A stretch of 64,000 nt of DNA from positions 18,793 through 82,792 of the forward strand of contig JBMNNW010000006.1 in NCBI GenBank assembly GCA_050942735.1, in the 5' to 3' direction. The notes beneath the pieces are model-generated. The model did not search any database. It saw only the letters and a program-made list of their open reading frames with translations, and was not told the DNA's origin. Within the stretch, counting starts at the first letter, position 1. Each line of letters begins with the position of its first letter. Shown in pieces: positions 46,911-56,703 of the stretch. The position numbers and the translations under genes were made by a program. The stretch is from Armatimonadota bacterium (GTDB taxonomy: Bacteria; Armatimonadota; Zipacnadia; Zipacnadales; UBA5352).

Positions 46911-48209
46911 ATGACCGCACATCACATCAGTGTCATCGGCGGAGGACTCGCCGGCTGCGCGGCAGCGCTCGCGGCTGAAGCCCGCGGAGTTCGCGTCACG
47001 CTCTACGAGCAGCGTCCTGCACGCACGACCGCGATGCACCAGACGGCCCTGCCCGGGGAACTCACCGGGACGGCCGACCTCGGAGTGGAGGACCCCGATC
47101 GCGCGACCGGCCTGCTGAAGGCGGAGATACGCGTCATATGTCCCGAGGTGACGGCCTGCGCAGACGCAGCGCGCATCGCCGGGCAGACGATGGCGGTGGA
47201 TCGGGCCGCATTTGCGGCCGCAATCGCGGAGCGGATCGAGGCGGCCGAGGGGATCACCCTTGTGCGCGAGCAGGCTCGGACGCTCCCCGATGGCCCGGTG
47301 GTCATCGCGAGCGGGCCAGCCACCTGGTCGCCGCTCGCGAGGGCCATCCACGCGGCCTGCGGGGCGGGCTTTCACTTCGCGTTCATCGGAAGGCCGCCGC
47401 TGATAGCCGCCGAGTCGATCGATCGCTCTGACGCCCGACAGGAGCCGCCCTATCCCGGTGCGGAGCCCGCGCTGTTCGTCCCGCTGACGGAGCGGGAGGC
47501 CGAGCAGTTTGCCGCAGCACTTGTGGCCGGCGAGCGCCGGGAGCCGCCGGACTTCGGCCACGAGGCGGTCCTTGCCGACGAATCCAGGACGGCTGAGCGG
47601 ATGGCCGCCGATCCGGAGGTCGGGGTGGGCAGACTCCTGCGCGGACCACGCGGACCGGAGACGGACGTCGCCCCTCCGGCGTTGTGCCTGACGCCCGATG
47701 ACGCCGACCCGCGCGCGTACCACGTGGAGGGTCTTCTGACCGCACTGACGGCTGAGAGCCAACTGGACACGCTACGCGCGGTCGATGCACTGGCCGGCGT
47801 GCAGATCCTGCGGCCCGGGTTGGTGCACCGCACCCCGCTGCTGGCAGGACCGGAGGCCACGCTGCCGAATCTCCAACTGCGCCGCACCGGCCGGGCGCTG
47901 GTGGCGGGAACGCTCAGCGGCGTTTACGGCTACGCCGAGGCGATCGCGACCGGCGCCGTCGCGGGCATCGGGGCAGCCCGCATGGCGCGCGGCCCCGAGC
48001 CGCTGCCTCCTCCACGCGAGTGCCTGGCAGGAGCGTTGTGCTGGGCCGTGGCTGAGACGGAGCCGCATCCGGACGGGCGGATGCTGCGCGCGAACTTCGG
48101 GATGATTCCCGAGCATCGGCAGGACCAGGGTCTCGACAAGGCCCGCCGTCGCGAGCGGCAGGAGAAGCGCGCGCTGGACGCGACGGAGCGCTACGCCGGG
48201 GCGGACTGA
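46911..48209 (+). CDS. trmFO: Methylenetetrahydrofolate--tRNA-(uracil54-C5)-methyltransferase TrmFO (Gid)
   Basis: FAD motif ISVIGGGLAGCAAALAAEARG. The C-terminal block is GTLSGVYGYAEAIATGAVAGI...ANFGMIPE. An upstream ATG at 46890 is also possible. The trmFO-xerC-hslVU synteny also supports the call. Confidence 0.7.
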   Translation: MTAHHISVIGGGLAGCAAALAAEARGVRVTLYEQRPARTTAMHQTALPGELTGTADLGVEDPDRATGLLKAEIRVICPEVTACADAARIAGQTMAVDRAAFAAAIAERIEAAEGITLVREQARTLPDGPVVIASGPATWSPLARAIHAACGAGFHFAFIGRPPLIAAESIDRSDARQEPPYPGAEPALFVPLTEREAEQFAAALVAGERREPPDFGHEAVLADESRTAERMAADPEVGVGRLLRGPRGPETDVAPPALCLTPDDADPRAYHVEGLLTALTAESQLDTLRAVDALAGVQILRPGLVHRTPLLAGPEATLPNLQLRRTGRALVAGTLSGVYGYAEAIATGAVAGIGAARMARGPEPLPPPRECLAGALCWAVAETEPHPDGRMLRANFGMIPEHRQDQGLDKARRRERQEKRALDATERYAGAD

Positions 48210-48320
48210 CCGCGACGGCCCGGGAGTCTTGCGCCGGCGGCGCCGGTGGGCGCGCGCGGCAGGCGGACCCGATCGGGCCGCGCCACGAGGCGGCACACCT
48301 ATCACACCAGGAGCAGATGC

Positions 48321-49292
48321 ATGCACGCGGGATGGCTGGACGGTTTCCTGAGGTACTGCACCGACGTGCGGCAGCTCTCCACGAGCACGGCCGAGGCGTA
48401 CGCGAAGGACGTCATCCAGTTCGCGGACTTCCTTGCGGATGAGTGGGGTGAGGATCGCGCGTATGACTGGGCGGCGGTGGACTACCGCATGGTGCGCCGC
48501 TTCCTCGCGCATCTGTCGCGTCAGAGATACGATCGTTCGAGCATGACCCGAAAGCTGTCAGCGTTGCGCTCGTTCTTCCGCTACCTGCTCAATGAGGACG
48601 AAGTGACGCACAACCCGGCCGCCGTCGCGCCGACTCCAAAGCGCGACGAGAAGCTGCCGGAGTACCTCTACCCGGACGAGATGGAGCAACTGCTGCAGGC
48701 GCCCGATGAGAGCATACCGCTGGGCCAGCGGGACCGCGCGATCCTCGAGCTGCTCTACGCGACCGGGGTGCGCGTGAGCGAGTTGGTCGCGATGGACGTG
48801 GAAGACCTCCAGTTCGCCGAGCGGCAGATCCGCGTGATCGGCAAGGGCAATCACGAGCGCGTTGTGCTGATGGGCGAACGCGCGATCGCGGCGGTCCGAC
48901 GCTATATCGCCGACGGCCGCGAGAAGCTGCTCCGTGACGCCCAGTCGCCCGACGAGCAGGCGCTGTTTCTCAACCGCAGCGGCGGCCGAATCTCCGTCCG
49001 GGGCGTGCAGCAGCGCGTGCACAAGCACGTCCTGGAGGCGGCCGCCTCCAGCCGTGTGACGCCACACGCTCTCCGTCACACATTCGCCACCCATCTGCTC
49101 GACGGAGGGGCCGACCTGCGCTCAATCCAGGCGCTGCTGGGCCACAAGTCGCTCGGGACGGTCGGGATATACACTCACCTGACCACCGAGCGCATGAAGC
49201 GCACGTACCACGCCGCCCACCCGTTGGCCGACGACGCCGCTCCGGAGAACCTCGCCGAGGCGGCGGAGCGAGCAGACGCGGAGGATCACTAA
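48321..49292 (+). CDS. xerC: Tyrosine site-specific recombinase XerC/XerD (chromosome dimer resolution)
   Basis: Catalytic residues in order: R...(ELxxLxxxDxD)...HxLRHTFAT...Y (LGHKSLGTVGIYTHL). Sits in the conserved trmFO-xerC-hslVU block. Confidence 0.8.
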   Translation: MHAGWLDGFLRYCTDVRQLSTSTAEAYAKDVIQFADFLADEWGEDRAYDWAAVDYRMVRRFLAHLSRQRYDRSSMTRKLSALRSFFRYLLNEDEVTHNPAAVAPTPKRDEKLPEYLYPDEMEQLLQAPDESIPLGQRDRAILELLYATGVRVSELVAMDVEDLQFAERQIRVIGKGNHERVVLMGERAIAAVRRYIADGREKLLRDAQSPDEQALFLNRSGGRISVRGVQQRVHKHVLEAAASSRVTPHALRHTFATHLLDGGADLRSIQALLGHKSLGTVGIYTHLTTERMKRTYHAAHPLADDAAPENLAEAAERADAEDH

Positions 49293-49339
49293 GAAGCGAC
49301 CCGGACGGCGCGCCATGAACCCGGGCCCGAGGAGCTGCC

Positions 49340-49885
49340 ATGATACGATCCACGACAATCATTGTTGTTCGCCGCGACGGCAGGACCGCGATGGTCGGCG
49401 ACGGGCAGGTCAGCATCGACGACACGATCGTCAAGGGCAGCGCGCAGAAAGTGCGGACGATGCGCGACGGCGAGGTGATCGCCGGGTACGCAGGCGCCGC
49501 CGCCGATGCACTTGCGCTGTTCGAGCGGCTTGAGGAGAAGCTGGACGAGTACAACGGGAATCTGCCGCGCGCGTCGGTCGAGCTGGTCAAGCAGTGGCGC
49601 ACCGACAGAGTCCTACGCCAGCTTGAGGCGCTGCTGCTGGTGGCCGACGAGGAGCAGATGTTCCTGATCTCCGGGACCGGCGACGTCATCGTACCGGATG
49701 AGGACCTCATGGCGATCGGCTCCGGCGGAGGCTTCGCGACCGCCGCGGCGAAGGCGCTGCTGCGTCACACCGACATGAGCGCCCGGGAGATCGCCGAGAC
49801 CGCGCTGCGCATCGCCGGGGAGATCTGCGTGTACACCAATGACACGCTGACCGTCGAAGAGTTGCCTGCCGAAGACGACGAGTGA
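49340..49885 (+). CDS. hslV: ATP-dependent protease subunit HslV
   Basis: TTIIVVRRDGRTAMVGDGQVS ... GSGG. A GAGGAG RBS is present. A short MIRS sequence precedes the catalytic Thr. Confidence 0.85.
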   Translation: MIRSTTIIVVRRDGRTAMVGDGQVSIDDTIVKGSAQKVRTMRDGEVIAGYAGAAADALALFERLEEKLDEYNGNLPRASVELVKQWRTDRVLRQLEALLLVADEEQMFLISGTGDVIVPDEDLMAIGSGGGFATAAAKALLRHTDMSAREIAETALRIAGEICVYTNDTLTVEELPAEDDE

Positions 49886-49999
49886 GTTCCGACTCCGGGT
49901 GGCCGGCCGTGAGCGACCTCCGACCGACCGCCTGGTGATCCGTCCGGCCAAACACAGAGATGGCAGGTTGCGGGCGGGCCGCGTCCCGGGCCGGTAGCC

Positions 50000-51472
50000 A
50001 TGACAGGAGATATCACTGAGATGTTGATACGACCAGACGAGCGCGACGTGCCTGACCTGAGCTCAGAGATGACGCCGAGGGAGATCGTGGCGTCGCTGGA
50101 TCGGTACATCGTCGGGCAGGATGACGCAAAGCGCGCGGTGGCCGTCGCGCTGCGCAACCGCGTCCGGCGACAGCATATCGCCGAGGACCTGCGCGATGAA
50201 GTCATACCAAAGAACATCCTGATGATCGGCCCGACCGGTGTCGGCAAGACCGAGATTGCGCGGCGGCTCGCACAACTGGCGAAGGCGCCCTTCATCAAGG
50301 TCGAGGCCACGAAGTTCACCGAGGTCGGCTACGTCGGCCGCGACGTCGAGTCGATCGTGCGCGACCTCGTGGACATCGCCTTCCGGATGGTCGAAAAGGA
50401 GCACCTCAAGCGCGTCATGCCCGAGGCGAAGCAGCGGGCGAACGAGCGCCTCCTCGAGACGCTCGCGGGCGGCGCCCCTGACGCCTCGGAGGGGGGCTGG
50501 ATGGGCGGCGGGATGTTCGGGCGCGAGGAGAGCGCCGAGGAGGCGATCACCCGCCAGGAGCACGAGCGAAAGCAGCGCGAACAGCATCAGAAGGTCCGCG
50601 AGTACACCCGCCGGCGGCTCGAGTCGGGCGAGCTTGAGGATCAGGAGATCGAGGTCGAGGTCGAGGACACCGGCGGGACACAGAGCCTGCAGATCTTCTC
50701 ACCGCAGGGGATCGAGGAGATGGGATTCAGCATGCAGGATATGCTGGGCAGCCTCTTCCCCTCACAGACGACCACACGCACGATGACCGTTGCCGAGGCC
50801 CGCGAGGTGCTCGCGGCGCAGGAGGCCCAGCGACTGATCGACAGCCACGCGATCGGGGCGGAGGCGATCGACCGCAGCGAACAGTCGGGAATCGTCTTCC
50901 TCGACGAGCTCGACAAGGTCGCCGGGCGCGGCAGCGAGGGCCACGGCCCCGATGTCTCACGAGAGGGCGTGCAGCGGGACATCCTCCCGATCATCGAGGG
51001 CTCGACAGTGCAGACGAAGTACGGCCCCTGCGACACATTCCACGTACTCTTCATCTGCGCCGGGGCGTTCCATGTCTCCAGCCCGTCGGACCTGATCCCT
51101 GAACTGCAGGGGCGGCTGCCGATCCGCGTTGAACTCGACAGCCTCTCGGGCGACGACTTCCGCCGCATCCTCGTCGAGCCGGAAAACTCGCTCGTGCGCC
51201 AGTACACCGAGCTGCTCGCGACCGAGGGCGTAACCATCGACTTCACCGATGATGCCCTTGATCTCATCGCCGAGACCGCCGAGGACGTCAACGACACCAC
51301 CGAGAACATCGGGGCGCGGCGGCTCTACACGCTGATGGAGCGGCTGCTTGAGGAGCTCTCCTTTGAGGCGCCTGAGATCTCAGGACAGAAGATCACCGTT
51401 GACGTCGGCTACGTCGACTCGCAGCTTGCCGACCTCGCGAGCGACGAGGACCTGTCCCGGTACATGCTCTGA
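50000..51472 (+). CDS. hslU: ATP-dependent protease ATPase subunit HslU
   Basis: EMTPREIV...YIVGQDDAKRAVAVALRNR, Walker A GPTGVGKTE, C-terminal DLSRYML. The start could be 50000, 50021 or 50069. Confidence 0.85.
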   Translation: MTGDITEMLIRPDERDVPDLSSEMTPREIVASLDRYIVGQDDAKRAVAVALRNRVRRQHIAEDLRDEVIPKNILMIGPTGVGKTEIARRLAQLAKAPFIKVEATKFTEVGYVGRDVESIVRDLVDIAFRMVEKEHLKRVMPEAKQRANERLLETLAGGAPDASEGGWMGGGMFGREESAEEAITRQEHERKQREQHQKVREYTRRRLESGELEDQEIEVEVEDTGGTQSLQIFSPQGIEEMGFSMQDMLGSLFPSQTTTRTMTVAEAREVLAAQEAQRLIDSHAIGAEAIDRSEQSGIVFLDELDKVAGRGSEGHGPDVSREGVQRDILPIIEGSTVQTKYGPCDTFHVLFICAGAFHVSSPSDLIPELQGRLPIRVELDSLSGDDFRRILVEPENSLVRQYTELLATEGVTIDFTDDALDLIAETAEDVNDTTENIGARRLYTLMERLLEELSFEAPEISGQKITVDVGYVDSQLADLASDEDLSRYML

Positions 51473-52440
51473 CGGGTGGCTGAGCGAGGGTGGGGCGCGA
51501 CGCGGCCTCTCAGGTTGACGAGGCGTAGAGCGTCAGTCCGCCCAGCAGCAGATAGAACCGCACCGACCACGCTCTTGAGGCCCTGCTTGGGGAGGGCGCG
51601 CACGGTCGCGGCGGCGAGGACGGATGCGAGCGTCGCGCCGATCAGCAGCGCTACGATCAACAGCCATGGCATCGCCGCTCGCATCACCAGATACCCGGCG
51701 ATGCCGCCCACGCATGCCAGCGCCTCCGACAGCGCGGTGACCGCGATGGCGCTGCGCATTGAGTCACCGGTCGCGATCTGCCCCGCCACGATCAGCGGCC
51801 CGTATCCGCCGCCCATGAAGCCTTTGTTCGCTCCAGCGATCAGACCAAGCGCCGCGGCTCGCCCCCACGAGAAGCGCAGCCGCAGCCGCCGCGCGACGAA
51901 GATCACGATGCCCATCGAGAGGATCAGCCCGCCCACGGCGGTGTCGAGGATGCCCTCCGGCAGCCGCACGGCCATCGTCGCTGACGCAAAGCCGCCGGCG
52001 AGTCCGAGGCCTCCCAGCAGCATCGCCAGCCGGAAGTGGCGCCGGTCGGTGCGCAGGTCGGCGTTGCCGACGAGGTGGTGGCTGACCGCAGCGATTCCGC
52101 CGGAGGCGAACTCGCTGACAAGCACGGCCACCACGACCTGGGTGACCGGAAAGCCGAGCAGGATCAGCAGTCCCGTCAGCGTCGTGCCGTAGCCCATCCC
52201 CAGTGAGGTGTCCACATACTCGGCGAAGAACGACAATCCCACCGGCAGGATGTAGTCGGTGATCTGCCGCTCGGCCCGGGCATGGGGAACATCCACTCCG
52301 ACGAAGGTGAAGTAGACCGCGACCGAGAGGACCCCGAGGATCGAGAGGATCCAAAGGCCCGTGAGCGCTCGCCTGATGCTCCGCAACGAACTGTCCGAGA
52401 AGCGTTCCCTCAACTGCTGAACCAGCGGCGGTTCTCGCAC
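51409..52440 (-). CDS. Sulfite-exporter TauE/SafE-family membrane protein
   Basis: Multiple TM helices with Gly-rich TauE-type repeats. It has a GTG start. Its 3' end overlaps hslU (convergent) by 64 nt. Confidence 0.6.
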   Translation of the reverse strand: MREPPLVQQLRERFSDSSLRSIRRALTGLWILSILGVLSVAVYFTFVGVDVPHARAERQITDYILPVGLSFFAEYVDTSLGMGYGTTLTGLLILLGFPVTQVVVAVLVSEFASGGIAAVSHHLVGNADLRTDRRHFRLAMLLGGLGLAGGFASATMAVRLPEGILDTAVGGLILSMGIVIFVARRLRLRFSWGRAAALGLIAGANKGFMGGGYGPLIVAGQIATGDSMRSAIAVTALSEALACVGGIAGYLVMRAAMPWLLIVALLIGATLASVLAAATVRALPKQGLKSVVGAVLSAAGRTDALRLVNLRGRVAPHPRSATRQSMYRDRSSSLARSASCEST

Positions 52441-52493
52441 TGACCTCTTCCACCTTATGGGGCAGTCGCGCCCATGATGCCGCTACCGCCGAT

Positions 52494-53252
52494 TCACTTC
52501 GCCACAAGCCCGTAGACTCTGAAGTTGTCCACGAACTCGTGGTTGCGGACGGTGCGGAACCCGAAGTGACCGCTGTCGTAGGGCTCCGGGTCGTTCAACT
52601 CGAAGATGACCTCGCCATCCCTGATGAACTGCACCAGACCGTTGAAGTAGACGAGCTGGAATGTGTACGTGTGCGTCGGCACGATCAGGTAGTGCGGGTT
52701 GCCATCGTAGTGATCGATCGGGTCGGGCGGCGGTGCCTCGCCGGTGTATCTGCGGAAGCGGCAGGTGGTGTTGTTCCCGCCACCGTAGCCCACGTAGTAC
52801 TGCTTCAGCGTGGCATAATTCGGGAAGCTTCCCGCGCGCCACTCCGAGCGCGCCCAGATGTCATCGGGGTGCTCGGGGTCGTGCGCCTGCCAGAAGCAGT
52901 TGAGGTCGCGCACGTAGTCGTACTCACCGCCGCCCGCCCACGCCTGCCGCTGATACTCGATCATGACGTTGCCCTCAAGCCTCTCGCGGAACCAGACCGT
53001 CAGGCCTGTGAGCGTCTGCAGCTCCATGCGTTCCTCGTCGATCCGGGGCTCGACATCGCCCTCCCAGACCCAGTTCGACAGGTCGCCGGAGAAGTCGTCC
53101 TCGTGAAGCACCTCGCCGACGGCGTACGGCTGATCGGCGATCGTCTCATGTGCGTAGATCGGGAAGGGCTTCACCGGCTCGAACTCCTGCGCGCCTGCCA
53201 CCATCGCGGTCACCACCAGAAGTGTGATGATACAGATCCCATCTCTTCGCAT
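52494..53252 (-). CDS. Secreted hypothetical protein (beta-sandwich/ConA-like?)
   Basis: Internal Met at 53252 gives the signal peptide MRRDGICIITLLVVTAMVAGAQE. The rest is W/Y-rich. Confidence 0.45.
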   Translation of the reverse strand: MRRDGICIITLLVVTAMVAGAQEFEPVKPFPIYAHETIADQPYAVGEVLHEDDFSGDLSNWVWEGDVEPRIDEERMELQTLTGLTVWFRERLEGNVMIEYQRQAWAGGGEYDYVRDLNCFWQAHDPEHPDDIWARSEWRAGSFPNYATLKQYYVGYGGGNNTTCRFRRYTGEAPPPDPIDHYDGNPHYLIVPTHTYTFQLVYFNGLVQFIRDGEVIFELNDPEPYDSGHFGFRTVRNHEFVDNFRVYGLVAK

Positions 53253-53338
53253 CCTGCGGCCTCCCTCACGTTGAGACGGTCGGCATACCTCGAGAGACGT
53301 TGATTCCAGCGGCGGATGCCGCGGCGAGTCGCCGCGCC

Positions 53339-55951
53339 TCACCGCACCACCACCGGCTGCCCGTCCACGGTCAGTTCTGTCCCATCCACCACGCCACCGG
53401 AGATCGCGCCCTCGGCGTCGCGGCGCACAACTGCCAGTCGGGCGGTGGTCGCCACCCCCCCGACATCCATCGCCACCGGCCCCTCGAACGCGTAGAGGAC
53501 GGTCTCCTCCCCCACCTCGCGGCTCAGCCGGATCGCGAGCATCTCGCCGTTCTGCGCCAGAAGCTCGGCCGACACCACCGGCGGCTGCTCGGTCGGATGC
53601 GGCAGCATCAACGTCACCAGCATCTGCGGCGTCGGCCCGGTCTTCGAGTACACCACGCAGGGGATCGGGCGGTGATTACCCGTCCGCGGCTCCCAGCCCA
53701 GCAGCGGATCCTCCTGCCCCTTCACGACCCGCATCGACATCCCGTCGGTGGCCAGCGGCACCAGCGTGAGGTTCGCCCGGCCGGGGTCGGCGCTCGAGAC
53801 GCTCAGACCGTCCGCGTGCACCGCCGCCTCCTCGGCATCGAGGTTGAAAAGCGCCTCATAGAGGTGCTCGCCCTCCGCGTCGAGCAGCCGGTCGATCACC
53901 AGATAGGCGTCGGGCCGGAGGTAGATGACCGTCCGCTCGTGTGTACACGCCATACGATCGGGACCGTAGCCCGTCTCGTAGCGCCCGACGCACCAGTCGA
54001 AGAGTTCACTGGTTGCCCAGACACCCTCCAGCGGCTGGTCGGTCTGATAGGTCTCCCGCAGCCCGCGGCGGCGCTGGCTCATGCCATCAACCATCACGGT
54101 GTTGTGCGCGGGGGTGTCGAGGACGAAGCGCCGCCACTGCGAGCGATCGTAGGAGTAGTTGCCTCCCTCCGTCAGCAGCGGACGGCCCCAGCCCCAGAGG
54201 TACATGCTGAGCTTGTCCTCATGCTGGTGGCCGATGCCGAAGGGGCCCACCTCGAAGACCAGATAGCGCGCGTCCTCCTCCCAGCCTGAGCGCATCACGG
54301 CCTGCCCGGCCCACGGGAAGAAGATCGAGGTGAAGTCCACCGGCTCGCCCTCGGCTCCCGCGGTCGCCGCCCAGAGATACTCCGGGTCGCCCCACGTCTC
54401 GTACGCCTCCCGCAGCGAGTTCCTCACGTTCGACATCCCCGAGTCGTTGAGCGGCGGCACCTGGCCGGAGGGCATCATGATCCCGAGGTTGTAGTCGTAC
54501 ATCCGCCGCATCCCGTCGATGTATCCCTCCGGCAGATCGAAGCCGTTGCGCAGCGCCGGATTCGTGGCGCGCCGGAAGTTCCCCAGTGAGACCTGATGGT
54601 AGCTCGGAGCAAGCTCCATCTGCGCACCGTCGGGATACACCTGCTCGTCTATCTCCACCAGCAGCCGCGCGTAGGCGACCTCGCGCCAGTGCTCCGCCTC
54701 GGTGAACTCCGGGAACATGCAGCCGATGTGCGCGAGACCGTTGCACTCCATCGCCACCCAGTTGCTCCTGCGGTCCGGGTATTCCACGGTCATGCGCGTG
54801 AGCGTGCGGGCGTGCTCGACCCATGACTTGAGGAAACTGCAGTGCGCCTCGGGAGTCATCTGCGGGGCGAAGAGGAAGTAGTGGTAGGCGTCCATCCACG
54901 AGCCCGCGGTGCGGATGCCCTGCTCGATGGTGCGCCAGGTCGGCGCCTGGTTGGGGCTGCCCAGCACGGGCATGGGATTCTGGCGGACCCAACTGAGCAT
55001 CTGCTCGACGAACTCATCGGCGTATTTGTCGTCACCGGTCGCCCACCACGCGCGCCCAAGGATGCGCCAGTTCTCGAAGCGGTTGAGCTGGTAGGTCCAT
55101 TCGGGCGTGAACGCGGGCTCATCGGGGTCAAAGCCGTTGAAGGACCAGTCGATGTCATCACCCACATGCGCCTCGCGGCCGAAGCGGTTGAACATATGCG
55201 TCAGAACGTAGTCGGCCTGCGAGGTGTTGTACCCCTCCACCCGGTTCTGATCGTACTCGGACGGCTCGAAGCTCCACGTCGGCCAGTCGCGTCCGCGGTA
55301 GTACTCCAGCAGGTGCGCCTTCGCGGCGTCGTAATCGCCCGCGGCGGCCGCCTCACGGGTGGCTGCGAGGCCGTCGATGTCATCGTTGAGCAGGGAGAAG
55401 AACTCCTCATCGGTCAGCAGCGGGCCTGTCCCGCCGATGTCATTGCGAAGCTCAAGCTGGTCGATGTGGACCACCGCCTCGGGATGCGGCTCATTGTCCC
55501 AGCCCGACGCGGTGAAGCGGATCGAGTCCACCTGATCCCACCCGCGCGGGCTTCGGGTGCCGGAGTTTTCGCGAATCATCGTGCCGAACATCTTCCACCC
55601 GGTGAAGTTCAGCGGAACCCTGACCGACCAGTAGTCCGGCCCCTCCGTCTCCGGGTTCTCGGAGGTGATGATGCACATGAACGCGGTGTCCACCTCGCGC
55701 TCGTTGTACACCCAGAACGTGAACGCGTTCCATCCGGTCCAGTCGTGGGGTATCTCATCGCTGAAGACACTCGTATTCTCCGGGTGGTTGCGCCAGAGGG
55801 CGGAGGTGGCTCCTGCGCGGGCGACCTCGTCACTCAGCTCAACCCCCGTCCACGCATCGACGGACGAGAATCCCTCGATCAGCAGGCGGTCCTGCGCAGA
55901 GCATGCAGATACGATAGTCACGATAATAAGCGGCGTCATCCAGCGTACCAT
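53339..55951 (-). CDS. Heparinase II/III-like / alginate-lyase-superfamily secreted protein (870 aa)
   Basis: Signal peptide MVRWMTPLIIVTIVSACSAQ. Heparinase II/III C-terminal block ...GPFGIGHQHEDKLSMYLWGWGRPLLTEGGNYSYD...HNTVMVDG. A GGAGG RBS lies 8 nt upstream. Confidence 0.6.
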   Translation of the reverse strand: MVRWMTPLIIVTIVSACSAQDRLLIEGFSSVDAWTGVELSDEVARAGATSALWRNHPENTSVFSDEIPHDWTGWNAFTFWVYNEREVDTAFMCIITSENPETEGPDYWSVRVPLNFTGWKMFGTMIRENSGTRSPRGWDQVDSIRFTASGWDNEPHPEAVVHIDQLELRNDIGGTGPLLTDEEFFSLLNDDIDGLAATREAAAAGDYDAAKAHLLEYYRGRDWPTWSFEPSEYDQNRVEGYNTSQADYVLTHMFNRFGREAHVGDDIDWSFNGFDPDEPAFTPEWTYQLNRFENWRILGRAWWATGDDKYADEFVEQMLSWVRQNPMPVLGSPNQAPTWRTIEQGIRTAGSWMDAYHYFLFAPQMTPEAHCSFLKSWVEHARTLTRMTVEYPDRRSNWVAMECNGLAHIGCMFPEFTEAEHWREVAYARLLVEIDEQVYPDGAQMELAPSYHQVSLGNFRRATNPALRNGFDLPEGYIDGMRRMYDYNLGIMMPSGQVPPLNDSGMSNVRNSLREAYETWGDPEYLWAATAGAEGEPVDFTSIFFPWAGQAVMRSGWEEDARYLVFEVGPFGIGHQHEDKLSMYLWGWGRPLLTEGGNYSYDRSQWRRFVLDTPAHNTVMVDGMSQRRRGLRETYQTDQPLEGVWATSELFDWCVGRYETGYGPDRMACTHERTVIYLRPDAYLVIDRLLDAEGEHLYEALFNLDAEEAAVHADGLSVSSADPGRANLTLVPLATDGMSMRVVKGQEDPLLGWEPRTGNHRPIPCVVYSKTGPTPQMLVTLMLPHPTEQPPVVSAELLAQNGEMLAIRLSREVGEETVLYAFEGPVAMDVGGVATTARLAVVRRDAEGAISGGVVDGTELTVDGQPVVVR

Positions 55952-55968
55952 GGCGCGTACCTCCAGGC

Positions 55969-56004
55969 GGGGGGGGGGGGGGGGCGAAGCGCCCCCCCCC
56001 CCCC
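55969..56004. repeat. Homopolymer inverted repeat: G16 - cGAAGCg - C13 (hairpin with GCGAAGC apex)
   Basis: Read directly from the sequence. It lies between the stop of 56035..56673 and the RBS/ATG of 53339..55951. Confidence 0.8.
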
Positions 56005-56034
56005 GGGTGTCGGTCGCAGACTGTGCCCGGCCGG

Positions 56035-56673
56035 TCAGTCCCGGCCGTAGAGCCCTTCGAGCATCGCCTCGCCGATGACCCGCCCCTCCATCGCGGCCTC
56101 AAGCTCGTCCTGCGTCGCGCCGGGCTCAAGCTCGAGCGCCCCGGAGAGCGCATAGCCTCGGAACTGGTAACGGTGTGGATCACCGGGCGGGGGCGCGGGG
56201 CCGCCGTAGCCGATGTTGCCCCACGAGTTCTCGCCCTGCACCAGTCCGGGGTCTTCGACGGTCTCCTCGGCCGGAACGTCCTCGGGCAGCCCGCCGATGT
56301 CGGGGGCCATGCCGTAGGCGACCCAGTGCGTCCAGCCGCCCGCCCGCGGCGCGTCCGGATCGTGGCAGATCAGCGCGATCTCCACGGTGCCCTCGGGCAC
56401 GCCCTCGAAGGTCAGCGGCGGTGAGACATCCTCGCCGTCATCGGTGTACTTCTCGGGGATCGTCTCTCCGTCCTCAAATGCGCTCGATGTGATTATCCAG
56501 GCCATCGGCCCCTCCTCCTCATCGACCGCCGTCTCCTCGCTGCGCATCTCCTCGATGATCTCGGGCGACTCCTCAGGGACCTGCCCGGTCTCCGACTGAT
56601 ACTGACAGCCCGCCCACGCGATCAGCGTCAGCATCACGGCCGCCGAGATCACCAGCATCACATGTCTGTTCAT
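56035..56673 (-). CDS. YbhB/YbcL-family (PEBP/RKIP-like) lipoprotein
   Basis: Lipobox LIAWAGC. PEBP blocks ...LICHDPDAP...GWTHWVAYG...GYGGPAPPPGDPHRYQFRGYAL. Confidence 0.75.
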   Translation of the reverse strand: MNRHVMLVISAAVMLTLIAWAGCQYQSETGQVPEESPEIIEEMRSEETAVDEEEGPMAWIITSSAFEDGETIPEKYTDDGEDVSPPLTFEGVPEGTVEIALICHDPDAPRAGGWTHWVAYGMAPDIGGLPEDVPAEETVEDPGLVQGENSWGNIGYGGPAPPPGDPHRYQFRGYALSGALELEPGATQDELEAAMEGRVIGEAMLEGLYGRD

Positions 56674-56703
56674 CCTGGATAGCCTCCTCGTATGTTCTGA
56701 GCG

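Noticed and set aside
48321-49292. XerC-type tyrosine recombinase as a marker of an integrated mobile element
   Set aside because: It sits in the conserved housekeeping trmFO-xerC-hslV-hslU block and has no flanking att-like repeats, phage genes or composition shift. It is most likely the chromosomal dif recombinase.
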